Source: Bacteroidia bacterium
Lineage (GTDB): Bacteria; Bacteroidota; Bacteroidia; UBA7662
DNA length: 64,000 nt
Assembly: GCA_049431025.1 (NCBI GenBank)
Contig: JBMTCP010000011.1
Coordinates: forward strand, 285-64,284
Direction: 5' to 3'
Shown here: positions 32,604 to 43,098 of the stretch, one piece after another
Layout of the letters: each line of letters begins with the position of its first letter
How positions within the stretch are numbered: position 1 is the first letter of the stretch
Notes under the pieces: generated by a model
The model's database searches: none
What the model saw: only the letters and a program-made list of their open reading frames with translations
What the model was told of the DNA's origin: nothing
Program-made: the position numbers and the translations under genes

Positions 32604-32623
32604 GTTTAGACATTGTCTAAACA
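32604..32623. promoter_or_regulatory. perfect 9-1-9 inverted repeat GTTTAGACA-T-TGTCTAAAC in the sufB promoter region
   Basis: Seen directly in the sequence, about 30-45 bp upstream of the sufB ATG. Candidate operator for a dimeric regulator of the suf operon. Coordinates are within 1 nt. Confidence 0.4.
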
Positions 32624-32650
32624 ATTACAAATACGCCTTGTTAATCTTTC

Positions 32651-34108
32651 ATGGCCAACGAAAATCCTAACGACGATACACTGCTCACCCGATGGGCCGA
32701 GGACGATTACGCCTTTGGCTTTGTGAGCAATATTGAACAAGACATTGACCCCAAAGGCCTGAACGCTGACGTCGTCCGGCTCATATCGGCCCGTAAAAAC
32801 GAACCGGATTGGTTGTTGGAATGGCGTCTCAAAGCCTTTGAACATTGGCAAAACATGCCCGTTCCGGAATGGGCCCATTTGGAAATACCTCCCTTGGACT
32901 TTCAGGATATTTCGTATTACGCCGCGCCCAAAGCCACCAAAAAACTGGAGTCTTTGGATGAATTGGACCCTGAAATCAAAGCAACCTACGATAAATTAGG
33001 AATACCGCTCGAAGAACAGTTGATCCTGGCCGGAGTTGCGGTGGATGCTGTTTTGGATTCGGTTTCGGTGGTCACCACGTACAAAGCCCGATTAGCCGAA
33101 CAAGGAATTATTTTTTGTTCCTTTAGTGAAGCGGTCCAGGAACACCCCGAATTGGTTCGTCGCTCCCTGGGGAAAGTGGTTCCTTACACCGATAATTTTT
33201 ACGCCGCCCTTAACTCTGCCGTTTTTTCGGACGGTTCCTTCGTTTACATTCCCAAAGGTGTTCGTTGTCCCATGGAATTGAGCACGTATTTTCGGATTAA
33301 CGCAGCCGGTACCGGACAATTTGAGCGAACCCTCATCGTAGCCGAGGAGGGCGCTTATGTTTCCTACCTCGAAGGATGTACGGCCCCCAAAAGAGACGAA
33401 AATCAATTGCATGCCGCGGTCGTCGAATTGGTAGCCATGGACGACGCTGAAATCCGATACGCCACCGTCCAAAACTGGTATCCCGGTGACGCCCAAGGCG
33501 TTGGCGGTATCTACAACTTTGTAACCAAACGAGGGGTTTGTCGGGGTCGTCGTTCCAAGATTTCCTGGACTCAGGTGGAAACGGGCTCCGCGATAACCTG
33601 GAAATATCCCAGTGTGGTTCTTCAAGGCGATGATAGCACCGGGGAATTTTACTCGGTGGCTTTGGCTGCGAGGGCACAGCAAGCCGACACAGGAACCAAG
33701 ATGATTCATATTGGCCGTAACACGACCAGCCGCATTGTGAGCAAGGGCATTAGTGCCGGCAGGGGCCAGAACGCCTACCGTGGTTTGGTGAAAGTCCGCG
33801 AAGGCGCCGTGAATGCAAGGAACTATTCCCAATGCGATTCCTTGTTGATGGGAGATCGCTGCGGTGCCCATACCTACCCCTATTTTGAAATCAACTGTCC
33901 GGATGCCCAGGTCGAGCACGAAGCAACGACCTCCAAAATCGAGGAGGATCTTTTGTACTACTGCCAACAGCGCGGATTGCCAACCGAAGAAGCCATTGCG
34001 CTCATTGTTAACGGATACGCCAAGGAAGTTTTGGATAAACTTCCCATGGAATTTGCGGTGGAAGCCAGAAAACTTCTGGCCATTTCTCTCGAAGGCAGTG
34101 TTGGATAA
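32651..34108 (+). CDS. sufB: Fe-S cluster assembly protein SufB
   Basis: Full-length SufB homology, followed by sufC and sufD in an operon. Confidence 0.9.
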   Translation: MANENPNDDTLLTRWAEDDYAFGFVSNIEQDIDPKGLNADVVRLISARKNEPDWLLEWRLKAFEHWQNMPVPEWAHLEIPPLDFQDISYYAAPKATKKLESLDELDPEIKATYDKLGIPLEEQLILAGVAVDAVLDSVSVVTTYKARLAEQGIIFCSFSEAVQEHPELVRRSLGKVVPYTDNFYAALNSAVFSDGSFVYIPKGVRCPMELSTYFRINAAGTGQFERTLIVAEEGAYVSYLEGCTAPKRDENQLHAAVVELVAMDDAEIRYATVQNWYPGDAQGVGGIYNFVTKRGVCRGRRSKISWTQVETGSAITWKYPSVVLQGDDSTGEFYSVALAARAQQADTGTKMIHIGRNTTSRIVSKGISAGRGQNAYRGLVKVREGAVNARNYSQCDSLLMGDRCGAHTYPYFEINCPDAQVEHEATTSKIEEDLLYYCQQRGLPTEEAIALIVNGYAKEVLDKLPMEFAVEARKLLAISLEGSVG

Positions 34109-34125
34109 CCCTAACTAAAACTGGC

Positions 34126-34902
34126 ATGACCCCCCCTAATTCACCACTTCTTCAAATCAGAAACCTTTACGCTTCGGTTCAGGATCGCTTGATCCTTCAA
34201 GGCTTGAACCTGGATATACCCTATGGAGAAGTTCACGCCATTATGGGGCCCAACGGTTCAGGAAAATCTACCCTCTCCCATGTTCTAGCCGGAAGACCCG
34301 GCTACGATATCCAAGGCGAAGTTTGGATGGATGGCAAAGATTTGCTGGCCTTGGAGCCCGAAGAAAGGGCTTGGCTCGGTGTCTTTTTGGCCTTTCAATA
34401 CCCCGTCGAAATCCCCGGGGTGAGCAATACCAATTTTATGCGTTCTGCCGTCAACAAAGTTCGCAGCGAACGGGGCTTGGCTCCGTTGGAAGCCAGCGAC
34501 TTTTTGAAGCACCTTCGGGAAAAGGCCGCCTTGGTCCAATTGGATCCGTCGTATTTGTCCCGTCCTGTGAATCTGGGATTTTCAGGAGGCGAAAAAAAAC
34601 GCAACGAAATTTTTCAATTGGCCATGCTTGAACCTCGTTTGGCCATTTTGGACGAAACCGATTCCGGCCTGGATATTGATGCCTTGCGTATTGTTGCCGA
34701 AGGGGTGAACAGTCTCCGTAGCAACCAAAATAGTTTTTTGGTCATTACCCACTACCAAAGGCTCTTGGACTACATTAAACCCGATGTGGTGCACGTCTTG
34801 ATGGATGGTCGTATCGTGCGAAGCGGAGACTATACCTTGGCTTTGGAATTGGAATCCAAGGGGTACGACTGGTTGAGGAACGAAGTGAAATCCAACGCAT
34901 GA
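34126..34902 (+). CDS. sufC: Fe-S cluster assembly ATPase SufC
   Basis: ABC ATPase motifs (GPNGSGKST, FSGGEKKRNEI, LDETDSGLD) in the SufC arrangement. Confidence 0.9.
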   Translation: MTPPNSPLLQIRNLYASVQDRLILQGLNLDIPYGEVHAIMGPNGSGKSTLSHVLAGRPGYDIQGEVWMDGKDLLALEPEERAWLGVFLAFQYPVEIPGVSNTNFMRSAVNKVRSERGLAPLEASDFLKHLREKAALVQLDPSYLSRPVNLGFSGGEKKRNEIFQLAMLEPRLAILDETDSGLDIDALRIVAEGVNSLRSNQNSFLVITHYQRLLDYIKPDVVHVLMDGRIVRSGDYTLALELESKGYDWLRNEVKSNA

Positions 34903-36035
34903 GCGGGGAGGAATTTCGCCGATTGGGTGGATGGCCGGGTTCGGAAGTGGAGGCCTGGAAATACACCTCCTTGGACCAATGGTTAGGCCCACTGGATAGG
35001 GTCGTTCAAGAAAGTTCCCGCAAGGTAAACCTAAACTTTAGCAACAGGTCATGGCCGTCCCAAGGCTTGACAATTAACGATATAACACTGCAAGACGAAG
35101 CCGGGATCGATGCATACACGGCAGCCGCACAGGCCCTGCATCGGGGTGGCGTTTCAATTCAAGTTCCGGCCGGATACCAAGGCCATGAACCGGTGGTCTT
35201 GTCTTTGGTGGGTGATATGGCCCCCGGTTTGCACGGTATAAACGACCGCATTCACGTTGGAGCTGGTGCTCGGTTACGCATCCTCCAAGAAATTCACCCA
35301 ACCTTCGAAGGCTCGTTGGAGACGAAGTCCAAACCCCTTGCTCTTGCTGCGCTGTTGAATCTTCGCATGAGCATGGACGAGGGCGCTGAAGTGGAAATTA
35401 TACGATGGATTCGTTCCAAGGAAGCCACCGGTATTTTATGCCAAACCCAAATTGAACAAGCCCAGGGATCCAAGGTCCATGTGTATACCTTGGCTCAGGG
35501 TAGCGGACTCATCCGTCATCAGATTCTAGCCCATCAACACGGGGATGACGCCTACACCGGCCTTTACGGTTTGACTTTCGCAACCCAAGGAGGGCATGCC
35601 GATCAGTACAGCCGAATTAGGCACCATGCTCTTCGTGGTCAAAGCCATCAACATTACAAAGCCGTTGCTGCTCCTGCCTCGTCCACCGTCTTTAATGGCG
35701 TTCTGCGGGTTGAACTCGACGCTCAAGAAACCAATGCCTTCCAAAAAAGCAGCAACCTCATGTTGGATATTCCCGGCAGTGGTTTGCCTAGCGGGAAAGT
35801 CCACGCCAAACCAGAATTACAAATCCTGGCCGATAATGTCCGCTGTTCCCACGGGGCAACCATGGGTAAATTGCAGGAGGATGCGGTGTTTTATTTGAGA
35901 AGCCGCGGAGTCCAAGATGACGAAGCAAGGCGCATTCTCACCTTAGCTTTTGCGATGGAAATTGTGGACATGGTTCCGGATGAGTCGTTTCGATTGCAAA
36001 TGCAGGCGGAATTGGAGGCTATGCCAACCCTTTAA
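34899..36035 (+). CDS. sufD: Fe-S cluster assembly protein SufD
   Basis: A SufB/D-family beta-helix protein between sufC and sufS. It is shorter than SufB and lacks the SufB-specific N-terminus. Confidence 0.75.
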   Translation: MSGEEFRRLGGWPGSEVEAWKYTSLDQWLGPLDRVVQESSRKVNLNFSNRSWPSQGLTINDITLQDEAGIDAYTAAAQALHRGGVSIQVPAGYQGHEPVVLSLVGDMAPGLHGINDRIHVGAGARLRILQEIHPTFEGSLETKSKPLALAALLNLRMSMDEGAEVEIIRWIRSKEATGILCQTQIEQAQGSKVHVYTLAQGSGLIRHQILAHQHGDDAYTGLYGLTFATQGGHADQYSRIRHHALRGQSHQHYKAVAAPASSTVFNGVLRVELDAQETNAFQKSSNLMLDIPGSGLPSGKVHAKPELQILADNVRCSHGATMGKLQEDAVFYLRSRGVQDDEARRILTLAFAMEIVDMVPDESFRLQMQAELEAMPTL

Positions 36036-36040
36036 ACCCC

Positions 36041-37282
36041 ATGAGCCTAACCGACCCTGCCATGAAGGAACCAAGTTGGCGAAAGGACTTTCCGTCCTTG
36101 GCCCTGGAGGTACATGCTAAGCCTCTGGTGTACCTGGATAACGCCGCAAGCACCTTCAAACCAACCGCGGTTTTGGATGCTGAGAGAAATTTCTACACCC
36201 AAAAATACGCAAACGTCCACCGAGGGGTCCATTACCTTAGCCAGGAGGCTACTCGTTGTTACGAAGAAGCCCGTGGGAAAGTTGCCGCCTTTGTCGGCGC
36301 AAATTCCCCTGATAACATCGTTTTTACCAAGGGTTGTACCGAGGCCATCAACCTGGTGGCTCAATCCTGGGGGCGCCGCCTCCAACCAGGGGATGAGGTC
36401 TTGGTCACCGCCATGGAGCACCATGCCAACCTGGTGCCTTGGCAAATGATCTGCGCTCAGCAGGGAGCCGTGTTACGAATTGTGCCCATTGACCAAACAG
36501 GGCAATTGGATTTAGAGGCCTTGGGGCAGATGCTGGGTCCTCGCTCCAAAATGCTGGCCTTTTGTTGGATTAGTAATATTTTGGGGACACATAACCCCGT
36601 TTCGACCTTGGTGTCCATGGCCAAATCCGTGGGCTGTACCGTTTTGGTGGATGCAGCGCAAGCAGTTGCCCATGGCCCAATTCGGGTAGAGGAATTGGGC
36701 GTGGATTTTCTCTGTTTTTCGTCACACAAAATGTACGGTCCCACAGGAATCGGGGTTTTGTACGGACGCAGCGAAATCTTGCAAAGTATGCCACCCTGGC
36801 AAGGGGGTGGAGATATGATACGGGATGTTGATTATCACGTCACCAGTTACGCGGAGCCTCCCTTACGCTTTGAAGCCGGCACCCCTCCGATTGCGCAGGC
36901 CATTTCCCTGGGAGCGGCCATCGATTACCTGGCTTCTCTCGGTTGGGATAGGGTGATGGAATACGAGAATAACCTATATCAACATCTTCAATCGGTTTTG
37001 GACCGCATCCCCGGTTTACGCAAAATTGGCGAGGCCGAGGCCCGTTCTTCGGTACAAAGCTTTCTTTTGGGAGATGCCCATCCCTACGATGTAGGCCTAC
37101 TTTTGGACAGCATGGGCGTTGCGGTGAGGACAGGGCATCATTGCGGACAACCTTTGATGAAGCGATGGAATTTACCCGGAACGGTTAGGGCCTCCGTATG
37201 TTTTTATAACACCGTCAACGAACTGGATTACCTGGGCGAATCCTTGCTCAAAACCCAACGTATGCTTGGCCATGGAAACTAA
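36041..37282 (+). CDS. sufS: cysteine desulfurase SufS
   Basis: Class V aminotransferase with the PLP-lysine motif (SSHKMYGPTGIGVLY) and the active-site Cys region (RTGHHCGQP). Confidence 0.9.
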   Translation: MSLTDPAMKEPSWRKDFPSLALEVHAKPLVYLDNAASTFKPTAVLDAERNFYTQKYANVHRGVHYLSQEATRCYEEARGKVAAFVGANSPDNIVFTKGCTEAINLVAQSWGRRLQPGDEVLVTAMEHHANLVPWQMICAQQGAVLRIVPIDQTGQLDLEALGQMLGPRSKMLAFCWISNILGTHNPVSTLVSMAKSVGCTVLVDAAQAVAHGPIRVEELGVDFLCFSSHKMYGPTGIGVLYGRSEILQSMPPWQGGGDMIRDVDYHVTSYAEPPLRFEAGTPPIAQAISLGAAIDYLASLGWDRVMEYENNLYQHLQSVLDRIPGLRKIGEAEARSSVQSFLLGDAHPYDVGLLLDSMGVAVRTGHHCGQPLMKRWNLPGTVRASVCFYNTVNELDYLGESLLKTQRMLGHGN

Positions 37283-38090
37283 GATCCCTCCCTCCCCTTC
37301 TGTACTTCAGGAACAATTGGCCGCCGATTTTACCCTTTTGGAAAATTGGGAAGACCGATACCAATACCTTCTGGAGTTAGCCAAAGAATGCCCCCCTTTG
37401 GATGAAGCCTTCAAGAACGACGCCCTCCTCATCAAAGGCTGCCAATCCAAAGTTTGGCTCAGAGCAACCTCCTTACCCGATGGCCGTTTGCAATTTGCAG
37501 CGGACTCGGATGCCCTCTTGGTCAAAGGCATTATGACCTTGTTGCTTAAGGTTTTTCAGCACCAAAAACCCAGCGATATTCTGGAAACGACCTTTGACTT
37601 GCATCAAAAAACCGGATTGCAACACCATTTATCGCCCAACCGTGCCAACGGATTAGCCGGAATGTTGGATCGTATCCGACAATTGGCGCTGTTGTACCGT
37701 CCTGCTGAAACAAGCCCGGTATCCCCTGCGATCGCGGTCCAGGAGCCTCTGCCGGTCAACGTGGAAGCCGCCAAGGAACCTACGTTTGTGGAGACTCAAG
37801 ATGCTGTTCTCAACATTATACGCACCATTTACGACCCTGAAATTCCCGTGAATATTTATGACTTGGGTTTGATCTATGGGGTTGAAGTCCGCAACGGAGG
37901 GGTGGTCCATGTCACCATGACCCTGACCTCGCCTTCCTGTCCGGTAGCCGGTACCCTACCCGGTGAAGTGGCAGACAAAATCAGGGGGGTTCATGGGGTC
38001 AGCGATGTTCACGTGGATTTGACTTTTGACCCCCCGTGGTCCCAGGATCTGATGAGTGAAGAAGCGAAATTGGAATTGGGTTTTTTGTAA
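37266..38090 (+). CDS. SufE-like sulfur acceptor fused to a DUF59 (SufT/MIP18-like) domain
   Basis: N-terminal SufE domain with a conserved Cys (LIKGCQSKVWL), a Pro/Ala-rich linker, then a C-terminal DUF59 domain (IYDPEIPVNIYDLGLIYG...TLTSPSCP). Confidence 0.75.
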   Translation: MAMETKIPPSPSVLQEQLAADFTLLENWEDRYQYLLELAKECPPLDEAFKNDALLIKGCQSKVWLRATSLPDGRLQFAADSDALLVKGIMTLLLKVFQHQKPSDILETTFDLHQKTGLQHHLSPNRANGLAGMLDRIRQLALLYRPAETSPVSPAIAVQEPLPVNVEAAKEPTFVETQDAVLNIIRTIYDPEIPVNIYDLGLIYGVEVRNGGVVHVTMTLTSPSCPVAGTLPGEVADKIRGVHGVSDVHVDLTFDPPWSQDLMSEEAKLELGFL

Positions 38091-38145
38091 GGCCTTGGCT
38101 CAAGTCCTTGGTCCTGAACTTCGCTTCTTGTTCCTTGCTACCCGG

Positions 38146-39243
38146 CTATTCTTGGCGATTGGCCAGATATTGAGCGTATGCTCTCAAGAAAAGGGCTGCT
38201 TCGGATGAACCCACCGAAAGCGAAGCCAGCAAATCCATGGCCTCGTTGAGCAATTGTTGTTGGTATTGCCAAACAAGGTCTTGAAGACCCAAACCGTTGT
38301 AAAGGCGAATCACCTTATCCACTTCGTTATCCAAGGCTTGGGTACCCTGGACTTTTTCTTTACCCCAAACCGCGATACGCTCAAAAGCAAGATTCAATTG
38401 CTCCCTTTGCTCCGGACTTGCGATTTTCTCGGCCATCACCCTCAAAAAACTGTGTTTGCACGCCTTGATATCCCCAGCCATTTGCTTGCCAAAACGGTCC
38501 GGATCGGCGTAAACATCCAACCAATCATCTTGAACCTGGAACGCCAAACCTACCAAATAACCCACGCGGAACAACCCGGCGGCATCACCATCCGAGGCAC
38601 CGCCCACAAGGGCTCCCAATTTGAGGGACGAACCCAAAAGCACCGCGGTCTTGAGACCAATCATTTCCCGGTATTCCTCAAGACTTACCTGGGTTCGTTT
38701 TTGAAAATCCATGTCCTGTTGTTGACCACGACAAACCTGCATGGCTACCCGGTTAAATTCGTCCAGCAAAGAGGGAAGAACGGAAGCCCTGGCCTTCGAA
38801 AGTTGGGTGTAGGCTTCAATCATCAACGCATCCCCGGATAGAATGGCCGCATCAACGCCAAACCGTTCATGCACCGTAGCCTGGCCCCTGCGCAATGGCG
38901 ATTGATCCATAACATCGTCATGCAGCAAGGTGAAATTATGAAAAATCTCAACCGCCATGGCCTGAGGCAAAGCCTGCATCGGATCATTACCGGTCATACC
39001 GCAGGCCGTAAGGCAGAGTACGGGGCGCAGTCGTTTGCCACCCAATCCCAAAAAATAATCCATCGGCTCGTACAAGCCTTGGGGTTCAGCGGTCTTCCAA
39101 CCCAAGGCCCTTAGCCCCTCATCAACCGCTTTTTGGTAAAGGAGGACGGTGGGGGTCCATGATGGGTCTTGGCCTTTGGGCACTGCTCCCAAACCACCGA
39201 CCTCGTTGGCGGAATGGAGCAATCGTTGGGATGAAAAACTCAT
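38146..39243 (-). CDS. polyprenyl diphosphate synthase (trans-isoprenyl diphosphate synthase family)
   Basis: Has the FARM motif LLHDDVMD and the second Asp-rich motif FQVQDDWLD. Confidence 0.8.
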   Translation of the reverse strand: MSFSSQRLLHSANEVGGLGAVPKGQDPSWTPTVLLYQKAVDEGLRALGWKTAEPQGLYEPMDYFLGLGGKRLRPVLCLTACGMTGNDPMQALPQAMAVEIFHNFTLLHDDVMDQSPLRRGQATVHERFGVDAAILSGDALMIEAYTQLSKARASVLPSLLDEFNRVAMQVCRGQQQDMDFQKRTQVSLEEYREMIGLKTAVLLGSSLKLGALVGGASDGDAAGLFRVGYLVGLAFQVQDDWLDVYADPDRFGKQMAGDIKACKHSFLRVMAEKIASPEQREQLNLAFERIAVWGKEKVQGTQALDNEVDKVIRLYNGLGLQDLVWQYQQQLLNEAMDLLASLSVGSSEAALFLRAYAQYLANRQE

Positions 39244-39252
39244 AACAAATTA

Positions 39253-41481
39253 TTATTTAAACTTTTCGTTTCTTCCCTCGTCGACGGGGACCAATTCCAA
39301 ACGACGGAGGCGCAAATCCAATTTGGCAATACGAACGGTCATGCGTTGGCCAGGAGTGATGCGACGCAATCCGCTTCGACCCACCAAAGCCAATTCTTCT
39401 TCGTCGTAAAAATACCGATCATCATCCAACGCAGTCATCGGCAGAAGGCCATCGCATCGGTTATAGTCGAGGGTAACCCAAGCACCCTGGTCCCCTACCG
39501 AGGTCACCGAACCCTCCCATTCCTCGTTGGGTCTAACACTGAGCATTTGCAATTGCTTGAAACGAACAGCGGCCCGTTCCGCCATTGCTGCATTTCTTTC
39601 CTTCTCACTATCGTGGCGACAAATTCGCTCCAGCTCTGCCTCCGGATACTTGAATCCCGATCCGGAACCATCCAGATGGGCCAGCAAACGATGCACCAGT
39701 AAATCCGGATAACGACGAATCGGCGAAGTAAAGTGGGTATAGTGAGCAAAAGCCAATCCATAATGCCCAATATTTCGAGTGGTATAAATTGCTTTAGCCA
39801 TGGAACGTATAGCCAAATTTTGCATAATGGCAGCTTCGGGTTTACCCTCCGACTCTTGAATTAAACGATTGAGGGAAGCGGCTACCTGGCTCTTGCTTCG
39901 AATAGCCAACGAATAACCAAACAAGTCGGCCCATGAGGCTAGCTTGGCTAAGCGCTCCGGATCCGGGTAATCGTGAACCCGGTAAACCGAGGCAGGAATT
40001 AAACCTTGTTGCACCGCATCGCTCAATTTGCGAGCCACCGCTTGGTTAGCCAAAAGCATCCACTCTTCAATCAACCCATGGGTCGCAATCTTTTCTTTGG
40101 GTGCAGCAGCCAAAGGAAAACCGTTTTGGTCCAAGGTAAAGCGTATTTCTTCGGTTTCAAAGCCAATGGCCCCTCCCTCAAAACGTCGCTGGCGTAAGGC
40201 CAAGGCGATCGTATTTAAGGCCTGCAATTCCGTGAACCTATCGCCATTCGCTTGATCCAATTGGATTTGGGCTTCTTGGTAGGTCAGGCGTCGGTTGGAC
40301 CGAATGCAGGTTCTCCCAATCCATGTATCCAAAACCTGACCCTCCTGGTTAATCTGAAATACAGCGGAATAACACAATTTATCTTCGTCGGGACGAAGCG
40401 AGCAAACTAAGTTGGATAAATGCTCGGGCAGCATGGGAAGGACCTGATGGACCATATAAACGGAGGTCGCTCGGGATGAGGCATCCCGGTCCAAGGCGGT
40501 ATTCCTACGGACATAATACGAAACATCGGCAATATGAACACCGACTTCCCATCGTCCTTCCCCCAAGGAAACCACGGAAAGGGCGTCGTCAAAATCTTTG
40601 GCATCTTCGGGGTCGATCGTCAAGGTGGGAACCCCACGAAAATCCCTGCGATGCACTAAATCTTCGGGCCTGACCCCTACCGAAATACCGGCGGCCTCTT
40701 CCAAAGTATCGACCCCAAAATGTAAGTCAAATCCAAATTCAACGCCAATCGCGGCCATTTCCGTGCTGTGTTCCCCGGGTTTACCCAGCCATTCTTGCCA
40801 TTGAAGGCGGGGTGCCGATCGATCCTCCGGCCAATCCACCCAGGTCGCAACCGCTTTGAAACCCTCGGTCCTGACCTGTTCCTCGGGAATCAACAATTCA
40901 AACCAGAGCTTGTTACCCTTGAGGTCAGGATCCAGGTACCAAGCCGAACCCTTGCGTCGAACCAGACCGACATAGGTTTGACGTCCTCTTTCCAGAATCT
41001 CCACCACCGCCGCTTTGGGTCGGGCCGATGAAGTGCTTTGAGCGCGTTGGTTACGTCCCCTGAATCTTCCGTTAAAGCTATTTAATAACACAATACGGAC
41101 CAAGTCCCCGTGCAGCGCTCTGCGTTGATGTTCCGCCGGCACCGCCCAATCTTCATCACTGTCCAAAGAACGAGCAAAGGCCAAACCCCCGTGGGTGAAT
41201 TCAATACGGGCCAATCGACCATCGACTTGCATTGATTCTTGCGCAGTTTTGAGTTGGTAAGTATGGTTGGGTCCTTTGACCAGGACTTTTTTGGAACATA
41301 ATTTATCCAAGGCCTGCCCCAACAACGAAAGATCCAAAGGATCCCGCATGCCCAAGGCTTGGGCTACCTGAACTTCCGTCACGGGGCTTTGAGCGGAATT
41401 CTTTCGAAACCAGCCCAAAACTTTATCTGAGATTTGGTTGATTTGTTGACGAAGGGTAAGGCGTTTAGTGGACTTGGACAC
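39253..41481 (-). CDS. rnr: ribonuclease R (RNB family 3'-5' exoribonuclease)
   Basis: Cold-shock/OB N-terminal domains, an RNB catalytic domain, and a C-terminal S1 domain (GSVTSVGDQGAWVTL). Confidence 0.9.
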   Translation of the reverse strand: MSKSTKRLTLRQQINQISDKVLGWFRKNSAQSPVTEVQVAQALGMRDPLDLSLLGQALDKLCSKKVLVKGPNHTYQLKTAQESMQVDGRLARIEFTHGGLAFARSLDSDEDWAVPAEHQRRALHGDLVRIVLLNSFNGRFRGRNQRAQSTSSARPKAAVVEILERGRQTYVGLVRRKGSAWYLDPDLKGNKLWFELLIPEEQVRTEGFKAVATWVDWPEDRSAPRLQWQEWLGKPGEHSTEMAAIGVEFGFDLHFGVDTLEEAAGISVGVRPEDLVHRRDFRGVPTLTIDPEDAKDFDDALSVVSLGEGRWEVGVHIADVSYYVRRNTALDRDASSRATSVYMVHQVLPMLPEHLSNLVCSLRPDEDKLCYSAVFQINQEGQVLDTWIGRTCIRSNRRLTYQEAQIQLDQANGDRFTELQALNTIALALRQRRFEGGAIGFETEEIRFTLDQNGFPLAAAPKEKIATHGLIEEWMLLANQAVARKLSDAVQQGLIPASVYRVHDYPDPERLAKLASWADLFGYSLAIRSKSQVAASLNRLIQESEGKPEAAIMQNLAIRSMAKAIYTTRNIGHYGLAFAHYTHFTSPIRRYPDLLVHRLLAHLDGSGSGFKYPEAELERICRHDSEKERNAAMAERAAVRFKQLQMLSVRPNEEWEGSVTSVGDQGAWVTLDYNRCDGLLPMTALDDDRYFYDEEELALVGRSGLRRITPGQRMTVRIAKLDLRLRRLELVPVDEGRNEKFK

Positions 41482-43090
41482 GGGGTATAGCTTGGATTAA
41501 TCGTTGGGTATAAAGGGCTTGGGGCTGGCTCATTAGGGTAGCGGTCTCCCCGTATTCGCAGACCGAACCTTCCTGCAAAACCAAAAGGCGATGACAAAGA
41601 TGAGCTGCCACTGACAAATCATGGGTAATAAAAATCATGGAGAACCCTAGCTCGGCTTGGAGGGTTTTCAAAAGATCCAAAATTTCGGCTTGAACCTCTC
41701 CATCCAAAGCAGCAATCGATTCATCGCAAATTAAAACGCGGGGCTGCATGCTCAAAGCCCTTGCCAAGACCAAACGCTGGCGCTGGCCCCCGGAAAAAGC
41801 TGATGGCCGTCGATGAAGGACCTGTTCCGGATCCATGCGAACCTTGCGTAACCAAACCGATGCCTGGGCGAGCTTTTGGTCCTCGGACCAGGCAGGATTA
41901 CGTTGGCGCAAAGCAAGTCCTAACATTTTTTGAACCGAATGGGCTGGGTTCAAGCTGCTGTAGGGGTCCTGAAAAACCATTTGGATAGCCAATCGCACGG
42001 AAGCATCCCGTGTATATCGCCCATCTTGCCAAAGTTCCTGGTCGAGGTATCGCAATTCACCTCCGGTAGGCTCCAACAAACCGGCCACGATACGAGCCAA
42101 ACTGCTTTTGCCGGAACCCGATCCACCCACCAAGCCCAGGGTTTCACCAGCTTGGAGCGTAAAGGAAACGTGGTTTAGCGCCTTAATTCCGGAGGGCGTC
42201 GTCCAGGACAAGGATCTGGCCTCCAATACCGGCCTAGAAGGCTCTTCGCTCCTGGCAGGGGACTTGGGGATTCCGTGGGGTTTGGCCCCCAACAAAGCCG
42301 AGAAACGAGGATAATTACCCGAAACCCAAACATCAGGACAAGGACCTGATTCCACCAAGCTTCCGTGTTGCATGAGAGCCGCACGCTGTACCAGTCCGCT
42401 CATCAGAGGCAAATCATGGCTAATAAACCAAAGGCTCAGGGAACGACGGCTCCGAAGTTCCTTTAACAATTGAACCAAACTAGCTTGTACCTCCACATCC
42501 AAGGCGGTGGTCGGTTCATCGGCAATCAGGAGCGAAGGGTTACCGGACAAGGCCATGGCAATCATCAAGCGCTGACGCTGACCCCCACTCAATTGATGGG
42601 GGTATGATTGGAATATTCGGGAGGTATCGCGAAGCTGCACTTCTTCCAAAGCTTCCTGCATAGCCTTGAGCCTGGCGGTTGTTGGAAGGTGGGGATGGTA
42701 TAAGCGATAACATTCTTCCAATTGATCACCGCAACGCATGACCGGATTGAGAGCCGTTAAGGGCTCTTGAAAAATCATGGCCATGGATCTGCCTCGCAAC
42801 GTGCGGTAGGCTTCATCGCTACAAGTCAAGAGATCCACCGGTTCCTGTCCGGTCGATGGCCACCAAAGGAATCTCCTAGCCTGAACACGCCATTGCGTTC
42901 GATCCAACAAACCCATTACCGCCAAGGCCGTTAAAGATTTTCCAGAACCGGATTCCCCGGCCAAACCCACCGCATCCCCACGTTCCAGGCCCCAATCCAA
43001 TTCACGGACCAAATCAGGTCCATGAAGGGTACCCAAACAAAGACCTTGGATTTCCAGGAGTTTATTTTGAATCAAAGGCGCCTCAGCCAT
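41465..43090 (-). CDS. ABC transporter ATP-binding protein with duplicated NBDs (Dpp/Opp-type; YejF/GsiA-like), no adjacent permease
   Basis: Two complete NBDs, each with Walker A (GESGSGKS / GGSGSGKS) and LSGGQRQRL / FSGGQRQRL signatures. The start is set at the internal ATG 8 nt downstream of the upstream gene's stop. Confidence 0.8.
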   Translation of the reverse strand: MAEAPLIQNKLLEIQGLCLGTLHGPDLVRELDWGLERGDAVGLAGESGSGKSLTALAVMGLLDRTQWRVQARRFLWWPSTGQEPVDLLTCSDEAYRTLRGRSMAMIFQEPLTALNPVMRCGDQLEECYRLYHPHLPTTARLKAMQEALEEVQLRDTSRIFQSYPHQLSGGQRQRLMIAMALSGNPSLLIADEPTTALDVEVQASLVQLLKELRSRRSLSLWFISHDLPLMSGLVQRAALMQHGSLVESGPCPDVWVSGNYPRFSALLGAKPHGIPKSPARSEEPSRPVLEARSLSWTTPSGIKALNHVSFTLQAGETLGLVGGSGSGKSSLARIVAGLLEPTGGELRYLDQELWQDGRYTRDASVRLAIQMVFQDPYSSLNPAHSVQKMLGLALRQRNPAWSEDQKLAQASVWLRKVRMDPEQVLHRRPSAFSGGQRQRLVLARALSMQPRVLICDESIAALDGEVQAEILDLLKTLQAELGFSMIFITHDLSVAAHLCHRLLVLQEGSVCEYGETATLMSQPQALYTQRLIQAIPRVQVH

Positions 43091-43098
43091 CGCCTTTC

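Noticed and set aside
33092-33967. 291-aa minus-strand ORF
   Set aside because: Antisense to sufB; spurious.
41465-43090. Possibility that the tandem-NBD ABC protein is an ABC-F translation factor (EttA/Uup-like)
   Set aside because: The Walker A context (GESGSGKS) and the signature and linker organisation match the Dpp/Opp-type importer ATPase family (YejF/GsiA-like), not the ABC-F family.
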